Shown: piece after piece, positions 18,696 to 27,051 of the stretch
Layout of the letters: each line of letters begins with the position of its first letter
How positions within the stretch are numbered: the first letter of the stretch is position 1
Notes under the pieces: model-generated
Seen by the model: the letters and a program-made list of their open reading frames with translations, nothing else
Told to the model about the DNA's origin: nothing
Database searches by the model: none
Position numbers and translations under genes: made by a program
Virus record (IMG/VR): IMGVR_UViG_3300003873_000003
Location: 54,361 to 118,360 of that record
Strand: one strand, 5' to 3'
Origin: a virus
DNA length: 64,000 bases

Positions 18696-18726
18696 AGCCA
18701 CCGTGTAAAAACGGTGGCTTTTTTTT
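18696..18726 (+). terminator. intrinsic terminator
   Basis: AGCCACCGT/ACGGTGGCT stem plus T8. Confidence 0.85.
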
Positions 18727-18770
18727 GTACCTAAAAAGTCCCCGGCGACTAACCACCGCAGCTAGGGGAC

Positions 18771-18799
18771 TTTACAGTTTGATTTTTACTTGTTAAAAT
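18771..18799 (+). promoter_or_regulatory. strong sigma70 promoter with extended -10
   Basis: TTTACA-17 nt-TAAAAT with TGn extension. Confidence 0.75.
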
Positions 18800-18845
18800 A
18801 CATTCATCGCAAGTTTTATTTCATGCGAAATTTTGTGTAAATAGG

Positions 18846-19211
18846 ATGCACCACATGACAGAACAAAAGAAGGCAGCGCAAGCGAGCAACGTCAAGCGAG
18901 AACACGAAAAGAAAAACGAGATATTTAAGATAGGCTTTTTCTTCTTCGCCAACAGTGATGAAAACCCCGCAAACATTATGCTTCTTCAAGAGTATCAGCG
19001 GCTTGAAAAGTACAGAGCCACGGATTCAAACGAGCAGTGGTTTAAGGATGCAGAGCTTGAATTGCACAAGCTGACCGCCGCACGTTCGGCATACTTGGAC
19101 GCACTCGCAAACCTGTATCCAAAACGAGGCGCAGATGGCAAACTTACCAAGGGTGCCCCCATCGAACCTAAATATGAAGTTGTGTATTCATCGAGCGATA
19201 GAACGCACTAA
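18846..19211 (+). CDS. hypothetical early-type protein (cassette 2)
   Basis: 121 aa; shares M.HM...AAQAS and E..RL...WF..A...TA.S.Y with 18298. Confidence 0.75.
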   Translation: MHHMTEQKKAAQASNVKREHEKKNEIFKIGFFFFANSDENPANIMLLQEYQRLEKYRATDSNEQWFKDAELELHKLTAARSAYLDALANLYPKRGADGKLTKGAPIEPKYEVVYSSSDRTH

Positions 19212-19237
19212 GAACAAACAACAAGCCTATAATGATA

Positions 19238-19324
19238 GAAGCACCCTACGTGGATGACATGTAGGGTGCTTCACGTTTCCATGTACAGAAAAGCGACTCT
19301 AGGTTTAACCTAGAGTCGCTTTTT
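19238..19324 (+). terminator. tandem hairpins, second is a terminator
   Basis: GAAGCACCCTAC/GTAGGGTGCTTC then AAAAGCGACTCTAGGTT/AACCTAGAGTCGCTTTT. Confidence 0.8.
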
Positions 19325-19359
19325 AAGCTTAACACTATAAACCAAAAGGATGGTATATT

Positions 19360-20229
19360 ATGACACATAAAATAGAGATGGGGGAACTGGAAGGAGAGGG
19401 TATTGGGTACACTGCATCAGATAGTACAGTCCAATCTTACTTAGAAGCCTATGCCGACCGTGTTTCCAATATAGTTCGTGCAGCTCGGCTAGACCCCCAA
19501 GCCTCGCTCGAACCTAGCGAGATTTTATCCTGTAACACATTGCTTGTGAGTAACCTTTGCAACGCCGTAGGCGCAGCCTGCCAAGAAGCTACTTTAGTCA
19601 GCCTAGATAGCCGACCCTACTTTGTGGGGTGTGTAGCTGCATTCGAAGAGTTGGCTGCAACGTCCCTGACTTCTCTTGATATTGTAACTCACAGGCTAGG
19701 CGAGCTGGGTGGAGAAGCACACCTTGAGCAGCGACCTGAACATTCGCTATCCAGTTCCTTGGGGTTCCCTTTGGAGATTCAAAGTGGCTATAGTACCGTG
19801 CAGCACATCATCCGCCACGCTTCCGAAGTATCTGCTGCGATAGCTCGACCGACACTTGCAGAGTTGGGGGCATCTGTCTACAAGGACGTTACTGTACGTT
19901 CTGTGCGTAACATGTTAGGGTTGCTTTCGGGGTGCGGTGGTGATACCAAACATGTTGTGGTGGCGATGTACAACACCTACCTTTGTATTAACCTCATGGG
20001 TCACATGCGTAACGTTACATCAGGTGAGCTAGGTTCGGGTGCGGTCTCCGAGTCATGTACTACAAGTGGGATGACTGGCTTTCTGCGTACCTATGACATG
20101 TACTGCACTGCGGCAAGAATGAACATTACGTTGTTTGAGAGTTTGGCAGCTGCACTGATTGACTCTGATATTGAAGGGGGTTTAGCTACGCTTAGTCTTT
20201 ACTTCAACATAAGGGAAAACCTACTATAA
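19360..20229 (+). CDS. hypothetical protein, possibly degenerate Dps/ferritin-like fold
   Basis: FEELAATSLTSLDIVTHRLGELGG resembles Dps helix B (FEELY...D.IAER...LGG). Confidence 0.6.
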   Translation: MTHKIEMGELEGEGIGYTASDSTVQSYLEAYADRVSNIVRAARLDPQASLEPSEILSCNTLLVSNLCNAVGAACQEATLVSLDSRPYFVGCVAAFEELAATSLTSLDIVTHRLGELGGEAHLEQRPEHSLSSSLGFPLEIQSGYSTVQHIIRHASEVSAAIARPTLAELGASVYKDVTVRSVRNMLGLLSGCGGDTKHVVVAMYNTYLCINLMGHMRNVTSGELGSGAVSESCTTSGMTGFLRTYDMYCTAARMNITLFESLAAALIDSDIEGGLATLSLYFNIRENLL

Positions 20230-20246
20230 AGTGTAAATGGTTGATA

Positions 20247-20366
20247 CCGAGTAACCACACAGGACTAACCCCTGTGTGGTTATCGTACTTTGTGGTAATG
20301 AAGATTGCACAGACTTTAGAGTCGTAGGGTCGCTACTTTTCCACAACTTAATTTGTGGAACGTACC
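20247..20366 (+). ncRNA. candidate multi-hairpin ncRNA or leader
   Basis: 12-bp stem TAACCACACAGG/CCTGTGTGGTTA followed by several short hairpins incl. TTCCACAA/TTGTGGAA, downstream of TGTAAAT at 20232. Confidence 0.35.
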
Positions 20367-20409
20367 CAAACAAAAACGGGGGTTATAAAATGAGAAATAT
20401 GGAGGTTAT

Positions 20410-21201
20410 ATGAAAGCGTTATTCGGCATGTGTAGTGCCTCGATGGGTCAGGTTCGGAAAGCTATCCCTTCCGCCTGCAAAGCCCAAGTCTGTACTTATG
20501 AGAGCAACACTGTAAACAAGCATGTTGATGTGTGGCTCGTTCCCTCGCTTCGGATGTTGAAGAAGAAGATGCCTTTTCGAGGTGTTGTCATTGTATTCGA
20601 TAGCCCCTTATACTTGAGTAGTATCACTTCGCTTGAGTTCTTGGATGTCACTCGCAACACTGCACACACTTTCAACTTCAAGCACTTTACACCCTCGTTG
20701 TTAGACCCTGTTCGTAAAGCACTTCGGCTAAAGGATAGGAAGAAGTTTGACTTGAGTGAGGTTGACTATTTTCACTCGATTATTGAAAATGTTACATCGG
20801 GTACTGTCCTTGATAAGTACAATCAACTTTTCTACTCGCTCCCTGGGACTAAAGAGAAGATTGTCCTAAAGGCTGCCTTGTTGAAGTTCATGTTTGAGGA
20901 CGCTCCCCTTAGCATAGTCAAGAAGGTTCTTGAAGATAGCTTTAGTGATGAAGAGCTTTGCTGTGAATACCTAGATGATTTGGTAGCCTTCTTAGATTCC
21001 CCCGAAGGTCGGAATGTCAAGGATGCTTGTAAGGATGTGCGTGATAGCCGAATCGAGCTGTTGAAAAAGAAGAAGCCCTTATCTGTTCCTTACGCTCGCA
21101 TCATTAAGAAGTATGGCGTTGACAGGTTCGAGTTGAAGTACCTAGCTAAAACGTATTACAAGAATTGTGGTGATGATGACCCTGCAATGATGGAGGGCTA
21201 A
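20410..21201 (+). CDS. hypothetical protein
   Basis: 263 aa, GGAGG RBS, first gene of the TGT operon. Confidence 0.75.
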   Translation: MKALFGMCSASMGQVRKAIPSACKAQVCTYESNTVNKHVDVWLVPSLRMLKKKMPFRGVVIVFDSPLYLSSITSLEFLDVTRNTAHTFNFKHFTPSLLDPVRKALRLKDRKKFDLSEVDYFHSIIENVTSGTVLDKYNQLFYSLPGTKEKIVLKAALLKFMFEDAPLSIVKKVLEDSFSDEELCCEYLDDLVAFLDSPEGRNVKDACKDVRDSRIELLKKKKPLSVPYARIIKKYGVDRFELKYLAKTYYKNCGDDDPAMMEG

Positions 21202-21205
21202 AGCG

Positions 21206-22855
21206 ATGTCATATCATTTCGTACATGCAGGCATCTTCCCTTATAAGAAGAGTGGGATTGCTGTCTACACAAAGTTTGGCAAGCATCATGTCAACAATCT
21301 TCGGGTGAAGCATAACCACGAGTACACTTGGATTACAGCCCCCGACCGTGAGCTTATCATTGTAAGCGATGCTCATAAGTCAGATTGCTTCCGCCCTCAA
21401 GGGTGTAACTTCGATACCATGCAAATCTTTGGTCCCACTATACCGAGTTTTGATGGGTATGACGTTGATTACATGATGACTAATTACACGACACATATCG
21501 GTAAAGAGCATCTATCCCCTATGCACCGTAAGCAAGGGTTTCGTGACCACACCCACCCTCTAGCCCCAGACAGGGCAACTTGGATGGCTGATTCGGGTGG
21601 GTTTCAGTTCAGTACAGGGGTGCTATCTTTCGTTGACCCTATCAACATGGTTAAGTGGTATAACGACAATGCCGATATTGGTATGGTATTGGATATGCCT
21701 GTTTCTAGGGAACATGGGCTTGCAACCTTCAAGCGTGCTGCACATACCCAAGCTCGGAATACTGCGGCTATGGTAGCGCATAAAGCCGAGCATTTGGATT
21801 TGATGAATATCATTCATGGAAGCACTGTGGAGGATAGGGCTTACTACCGCCGTGTCGTTGAGCGTGACGATATAACGAAGCTTGCGGTGGCTGGGGACTA
21901 CAATGGCACTGTGCTTGACGTTATCAACAACCTGCTATCACTTGTTAATGATACAGGGTCTCACTATGACCACTATCATTTACTTGGCATCTTCAACCCT
22001 CGCATTACCGCCTTGCTTGCTAAGGTTGCTTCCGAGGGGATTGTTGATACCCTAACCTCTGATAGTAGCACTGCGATTCAAGCCGCTACCGTGCGTGAGT
22101 TCTATGTGATAAGCAAGAACGAGGGGCTGCATCGTACGCCTGTTGGTCACAAGTATATCCATCCGAACATATCCAACCGATTGCCTTGTTCATGTCCCGT
22201 CTGCTCCACACTGAAATATACAGACGTTTTCACAACTGTAAATTCAGGTAGCTGTATTGCCTTGCTTGCTGTGCATAATATGTTCGCAATGTCCACCTAT
22301 ATGAGTATGCTGGACACCTATGCCAACACCCTTTCCACCGAGGAATACCGTTCCTATTTATCTTCCACGATTGCTAAGAGGGGTAGCGGTGGGCAGGAGA
22401 TGCTTCATTGCATTGACTTTATTGAGTCTTACAAAGAAGAAGGGCTAGAAGCTGCACAGCGTAAGTTCCAATTTTACTTGGATGGTAATTTAGGTTCTGC
22501 TAAACCTTTGCCTTCTATGTTAGGTGGTGCAGTGGAGGAAGAGGAACCCAAGGAAGAATTAAGCCTAGATTCCGATGATGACACCCCTGCAGCAGGCAAA
22601 GAAGAATACCATGCGCACTTACAGAAAGTTTTAGGTAACTTTGACAGATGGGCGGAAGGCGAAGACCTATCTCATGTTGATGGGTTAGATATGCGTAGGT
22701 CCGAGAAGTCCAAAGAGTACAAAGAACGTAAAGCAGCTCGTGATAGAGGCGAACATCAGGAGCCTGTGAAGAAGAAGCAGTTATTGGGTATGAGTACCAA
22801 AGCTAAACAGCGAGCCAAAGGGACGAGGAGGTTGCGAGCCCGACCTAAGGAGTAA
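21206..22855 (+). CDS. TGT-superfamily transglycosylase (queuine tRNA-ribosyltransferase / DpdA-like)
   Basis: MADSGGFQ, VLDMP, HLLG, TSDSS and Zn site CSCPVC...HN. Confidence 0.88.
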   Translation: MSYHFVHAGIFPYKKSGIAVYTKFGKHHVNNLRVKHNHEYTWITAPDRELIIVSDAHKSDCFRPQGCNFDTMQIFGPTIPSFDGYDVDYMMTNYTTHIGKEHLSPMHRKQGFRDHTHPLAPDRATWMADSGGFQFSTGVLSFVDPINMVKWYNDNADIGMVLDMPVSREHGLATFKRAAHTQARNTAAMVAHKAEHLDLMNIIHGSTVEDRAYYRRVVERDDITKLAVAGDYNGTVLDVINNLLSLVNDTGSHYDHYHLLGIFNPRITALLAKVASEGIVDTLTSDSSTAIQAATVREFYVISKNEGLHRTPVGHKYIHPNISNRLPCSCPVCSTLKYTDVFTTVNSGSCIALLAVHNMFAMSTYMSMLDTYANTLSTEEYRSYLSSTIAKRGSGGQEMLHCIDFIESYKEEGLEAAQRKFQFYLDGNLGSAKPLPSMLGGAVEEEEPKEELSLDSDDDTPAAGKEEYHAHLQKVLGNFDRWAEGEDLSHVDGLDMRRSEKSKEYKERKAARDRGEHQEPVKKKQLLGMSTKAKQRAKGTRRLRARPKE

Positions 22856-22858
22856 GCT

Positions 22859-23377
22859 ATGCCAAGTGTGAAAAGAAAGCCAAGTGTGAAAAGAAAGCCA
22901 AGTGTGAAGGGGCAGCCTAAGAGTATCCCCAAAGCTACTACTCATGTGAGAGTTCTCAATAAGAGGGCTAAGGGGTTGACTGCGTATCAGATACTCCAAA
23001 ACGCTAACCGTAAATACCGCCGTGATACCAAGGATGTGAGTATCGGAGGTAGTCGGACTATTAAACTGAAAGGCGAGGAAGCCGTGCAGTTTAAGACACT
23101 CACTACCGCACGCACTGTTGGGGGTGCTACCCGTGACCGCCCTCATACAGTAACTATCATCCCTACGGATGTTAAGGGTGGCGTTATTCTCGACTGCGAC
23201 TGTGAAGACTTCGTATTCGGAGGTTGCGAATACTCTTTGGCTTGGCATGGAGCTGCCTATATACGGCGTGGCAATGGTAAGGCTCCTGTAGTCAACTTCC
23301 CTAACTGGAAGCGTGACTACATAGCCTGTAAGCATTGCTTGCGTGCGCTCATTGAGTACAAGAAGAAGTATCTATAA
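22859..23377 (+). CDS. SWIM zinc-finger protein
   Basis: CDCEDF...ACKHC; basic N-terminal PSVKRK repeats. Confidence 0.75.
   Translation: MPSVKRKPSVKRKPSVKGQPKSIPKATTHVRVLNKRAKGLTAYQILQNANRKYRRDTKDVSIGGSRTIKLKGEEAVQFKTLTTARTVGGATRDRPHTVTIIPTDVKGGVILDCDCEDFVFGGCEYSLAWHGAAYIRRGNGKAPVVNFPNWKRDYIACKHCLRALIEYKKKYL
22861..22908 (+). repeat. 18-bp in-frame tandem repeat
   Basis: GCCAAGTGTGAAAAGAAA, two full copies and one partial. Confidence 0.9.
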
Positions 23378-23389
23378 TAAAAGAGGTGG

Positions 23390-24274
23390 GTGACTATGCA
23401 CAAATGGGTGGCTGATTCGGAGCCTGAATTTTTAAGTGGTGGTAACATTGATGCAATCTTCGCTGTAAGTGTCTCTGTTGGCGTTGAGGGTCTTACTCGG
23501 CTCGGTCTGTTGATTCCTATGCTCGATGCGGTGATTTCGGGTGTCATAGAGAACCCTAGGCGTTGTGTGTCCCCGTTAGATAGGGCTGTGCTTCTGCGTA
23601 GATTACTTACTGTTGTAAATAAACCGCATACGTTTACATCGAGTGAGATAGTAGATTACCTGCTCTTGGAGCGCAGTATCTATTACAGAGCGATGGAGTA
23701 CGCAAGCAAGAACGCAAAGCGGCTGACTTGCAGCAAAAGTGATTTATTCGTTGGTAAACGTCTAATTGAGAGTTCATACAAAACGAGTAGTGCGTTTCGG
23801 GAGCGGCTTATCCATAGCTACTCTAAACTCGCTGCAAAGCAAGCTCACTATGACTGTACTACATCGGGTCTCGACTTATCTGTTGAGGATGTTTTCATCA
23901 GTTACTTGCTTGCGGTGGGTAAGGCTATTGATAAATACAATAGCACGAAAGGGGCTCTTGCTAGTTTTGTAGCTAACTGGATTACTGCGCACCGTAACGA
24001 TGTAAGCCATGAGTATGGTATATCCTATGTTGTTCCTAAGGGGTATAAAGGGAAGGAGAGCAGTGGCAATAATCTAGCTACAGAGTACGACTGTACTAGC
24101 TACGACTTGAGCATCGACCCTTCTTTTCCTGACTCAAGTGCTGTAGCAGAGGTTGTTATGCGAGTTGACCCCTCAGGTGTACTCGCATTACTATACTCGG
24201 TTGATTTGTCCCCTTTAGGTTTTGAACCGAAAGGTGTAAATGTTGTTCATGAAAAGAAAAATTTTGTTGAATAG
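23390..24274 (+). CDS. phage RNA polymerase sigma factor (sigma70 region 2-like)
   Basis: RERLIHSYSKLA...EDVF...KAIDKYNSTKGALASFVANWI matches region 2.1-2.4; no clear region 4. Confidence 0.75.
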   Translation: MTMHKWVADSEPEFLSGGNIDAIFAVSVSVGVEGLTRLGLLIPMLDAVISGVIENPRRCVSPLDRAVLLRRLLTVVNKPHTFTSSEIVDYLLLERSIYYRAMEYASKNAKRLTCSKSDLFVGKRLIESSYKTSSAFRERLIHSYSKLAAKQAHYDCTTSGLDLSVEDVFISYLLAVGKAIDKYNSTKGALASFVANWITAHRNDVSHEYGISYVVPKGYKGKESSGNNLATEYDCTSYDLSIDPSFPDSSAVAEVVMRVDPSGVLALLYSVDLSPLGFEPKGVNVVHEKKNFVE

Positions 24275-24285
24275 GAGAAAGTGAT

Positions 24286-25518
24286 ATGGCTAAAGGTTGG
24301 GGTACTACAAAACCTCGTGTGAACGAGGATAGCAAACGGTTAGACCAGTTGGTAGATTTGATAGCTCTGCCTGATGATGAGTACGTGCAAGTACGGTTTG
24401 TGGGGGACATCTTTACGTTTTCCCAACATTGGATGGATATTATCACAAAGCAAGGCAAAAAGACTTCAATCCCTAAGCTGTGCTTGAATTGGGACCCAGA
24501 AGAAGAAGAGTTTGCAGATAACGGTTGCCCTTACTGCGAAGCTCAAGGGAAAGGCGGGGCTATCAACTACCTTGCTAACGCTATCGTGCGTGACTTGCAG
24601 GATGCAGAACCTCGCAAGCCTGTAGCACCTAACGCAAAAGAGCGTAAGACAGGCATTAAAACTGTTGGTAGTAAGTCTTGGACACCTGTAAGGGTGGTAC
24701 GTATCCCCGCAGGTGCAGCGAAGAAAGTTGTTGACTTGGCTGCGTTGAACCGTGTTAAGGGGGAGCCTGTTCCTATGAGCGACCCTAAGTACGGGTGTGA
24801 CGTATCTATCAAGTACGACAGCAAGGCTTCGGGCGCAGATAAGTATGCTGTTCAGAAAGGTGAGCGTACTGCTATCACCAAAGAAGAAACGGCGTACTTG
24901 GTGTATGACTTGGACGTGCAAGTGTTACCTTCCGTTGAGGATAGCATCACAGAGTGTGAAAAGCTTATTAAAATGTCCCCTGACTTTGATGGCGATGACG
25001 ATGGTGGTCGTAGTTCTGCTGGTCGTAAGAAGAAAGTGGGGTCTAAGACTAAACGTCAGAAGAAACGTGAGTTTGAAGAGGATGAACTCGATGGCGAAGA
25101 CTTTGATGACGACCTTGACGGGGACGACATTGATGACGATGCTGATTTCGATGATGACTTGGATGATGACGACCTCGATGAGGAAGACGAAGACCTTGAT
25201 GATGACGACCTTGATGATGACTCCGATGATGACGATTTGGATGACGACTCCGATGATGCTTTATATGATTTGGATGACGACTCCGATGATGCTTTATATG
25301 ATTTGGACGATGATGACTCCGATGAGGATGACGATTTGGATGACCTCGATGACTTTGACGAAGAAGAGGAAGAGGAAGACCCTAAGCCTGTTAAGAAAAC
25401 TCGGCGTAGTGCGTCTAAGAAAGCACCTGCCAAGAAGAAGACACGTTCTTCCGCCAAACCCGAAGAACGTAAACGCCGCCGCCGTGAACCCCGTAGTGGT
25501 CGTAAGTTGAGAGGATAA
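24286..25518 (+). CDS. single-stranded DNA-binding protein (gp32-like) with long acidic tract and basic tail
   Basis: QVRFVG..HW, LC...CPYC, SDPKYGCDVSIKY; position before recA. Confidence 0.7.
   Translation: MAKGWGTTKPRVNEDSKRLDQLVDLIALPDDEYVQVRFVGDIFTFSQHWMDIITKQGKKTSIPKLCLNWDPEEEEFADNGCPYCEAQGKGGAINYLANAIVRDLQDAEPRKPVAPNAKERKTGIKTVGSKSWTPVRVVRIPAGAAKKVVDLAALNRVKGEPVPMSDPKYGCDVSIKYDSKASGADKYAVQKGERTAITKEETAYLVYDLDVQVLPSVEDSITECEKLIKMSPDFDGDDDGGRSSAGRKKKVGSKTKRQKKREFEEDELDGEDFDDDLDGDDIDDDADFDDDLDDDDLDEEDEDLDDDDLDDDSDDDDLDDDSDDALYDLDDDSDDALYDLDDDDSDEDDDLDDLDDFDEEEEEEDPKPVKKTRRSASKKAPAKKKTRSSAKPEERKRRRREPRSGRKLRG
25234..25307 (+). repeat. 33-bp tandem duplication in acidic tract
   Basis: GATTTGGATGACGACTCCGATGATGCTTTATAT twice (DLDDDSDDALY). 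Confidence 0.9.
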
Positions 25519-25547
25519 AATAAACCTTGTATGAGGTGTAAGAGCTT

Positions 25548-25591
25548 AAAAGGCTGTGTGGTGCTACTATTGTCCATGCAGCCTTTTTTTT
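25548..25591 (+). terminator. intrinsic terminator
   Basis: AAAAGGCTGTGTGG/CCATGCAGCCTTTT stem plus T-run. Confidence 0.75.
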
Positions 25592-25623
25592 GTTTACGTT
25601 AAGAATAGTTAGGAGTCTTTATC

Positions 25624-27051
25624 ATGGCAACAGAAAACAAAAGTGTTTCCCTAAGAGGTAGCACTCGTAAGAAAGCAACACCCCGCAAGAAATCTACTGG
25701 TGGTGATACGTCACCGAAGTTCGATTCTATGGCAGGCGATGTTTTAGATGGGATTGAACGGCAGTTCGGTATCACGAGTTCACGAGCCACTTACGGGACT
25801 GCAATCTCCACAGGGATTTTGAATCTCGATTTAGCTATGGGCGGTGGTGTTATTGGTGGCGGTTGGTATACCTTCGCAGGGGTGGAGTCCGCAGGTAAAT
25901 CCACGTCTGTGACTCATATTACGGCAGGTTTAGTGAGGGCAGGCATCCCGACAATCATCCATTGGGATGCAGAGGGTAGTGGCGGTGATGAATACGCAGC
26001 TTCCATTTACGGTGTTGACGATATGGGTGAGGTTTATGGCGAGCGTGATGCGGATGGCGTTTGGGAGAAAGACCCTAAAGTCCGTTACTATAGAAGTTCC
26101 AACCTTGAGCTTTTCTTTGATTTCTGTAGTAAGATGTTACAGAACCTACCCGATAAAACCTACATGGCTTCCTCTAAGAAATGGTACTATGTCTACCCTC
26201 CTACAAGGGATAATAAGTCCAAGTATAAGGGGTCTTACGATGCCAAGCTGTACAAAGAAACCAATCGACTGTTCATTGAAGCCGAAGATGGGAAGCCACA
26301 AGCGGTTATTATCCTAGATAGCTACCCCGCACTTCTACCTAGCGGCGTTGAAGAAGGTGATGATGCTGATAACAGTTTGGCTTTCTTGGCACGAGCATAC
26401 TCCAAACATGTCCCCCGAGTCGCAGGTCGCCTAGCTCAAAAGCAAGTCACAGTCATTGGCGTGAACCAACTGCGTGAGAAGCCTATGGTTCGGTTCGGTA
26501 GCCCCTTCTATGAGGGTTGTGGTAACGCATTGAAGTTTGCTAGTGGTTGCCGCTTATGGTTACACACACGAGCCGTACCCCATGGAAAAGGACAGTTTGA
26601 AGAGGAGACCTCTGTTGAAGAAGAAGGGGGAGTAGATACTTACCGTTACACCTTAATCAAAGCCACAAAGAATAAATACGCTACTCCAAACATGGAAGGG
26701 TGGATGCGTATATGGGTTACTGATTCGCTTGGTGATGGTCGTGGCATCGACCCCGTGTATGATTGCTTCCAGTACCTGCAACGTACCAATCAGATTACAG
26801 GCGGCACAATGAATAAAATTCGTTTGGCTTTCGGGTCTTACTCTGATGAGCCTTCTCGTGTCATACGCTGGCTTGACTTCAAGCGTCTTGTGTTATTCGA
26901 TAAAGCTAATAACGTTAAGTCCCTCAAAGCCCTATGCGAGAGTTTGAAGATAAAGCCTATCAGAATCTATACGCTTTGCCAAAAGCAGATGGCATCAGGT
27001 GAAGGGTGGAGCTTGTTCTTCGAGGCGAACCTTGAGGGTGATAAGAAATGA
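25624..27051 (+). CDS. recA: RecA/UvsX-like recombinase
   Basis: ISTGILNLDLAMGGG, Walker A GVESAGKS, IILDS, VNQLREK, GNALKFASGCRL, KNK. Confidence 0.93.
   Translation: MATENKSVSLRGSTRKKATPRKKSTGGDTSPKFDSMAGDVLDGIERQFGITSSRATYGTAISTGILNLDLAMGGGVIGGGWYTFAGVESAGKSTSVTHITAGLVRAGIPTIIHWDAEGSGGDEYAASIYGVDDMGEVYGERDADGVWEKDPKVRYYRSSNLELFFDFCSKMLQNLPDKTYMASSKKWYYVYPPTRDNKSKYKGSYDAKLYKETNRLFIEAEDGKPQAVIILDSYPALLPSGVEEGDDADNSLAFLARAYSKHVPRVAGRLAQKQVTVIGVNQLREKPMVRFGSPFYEGCGNALKFASGCRLWLHTRAVPHGKGQFEEETSVEEEGGVDTYRYTLIKATKNKYATPNMEGWMRIWVTDSLGDGRGIDPVYDCFQYLQRTNQITGGTMNKIRLAFGSYSDEPSRVIRWLDFKRLVLFDKANNVKSLKALCESLKIKPIRIYTLCQKQMASGEGWSLFFEANLEGDKK

Noticed and set aside
20230-20409. preQ1 riboswitch upstream of the TGT-like gene
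   Set aside because: Known preQ1 consensus elements not recognised; kept only as a generic structured element.
24797-25577. Met/Thr-rich ORF 24797..25510 and Ser-rich antisense ORF 25056..25577
   Set aside because: Shadow frames of the GAT/GAC acidic tract.
26140-26300. Intein in recA (about 50-aa insertion)
   Set aside because: No C/S start, HN end or LAGLIDADG motifs; looks like a lineage-specific loop.
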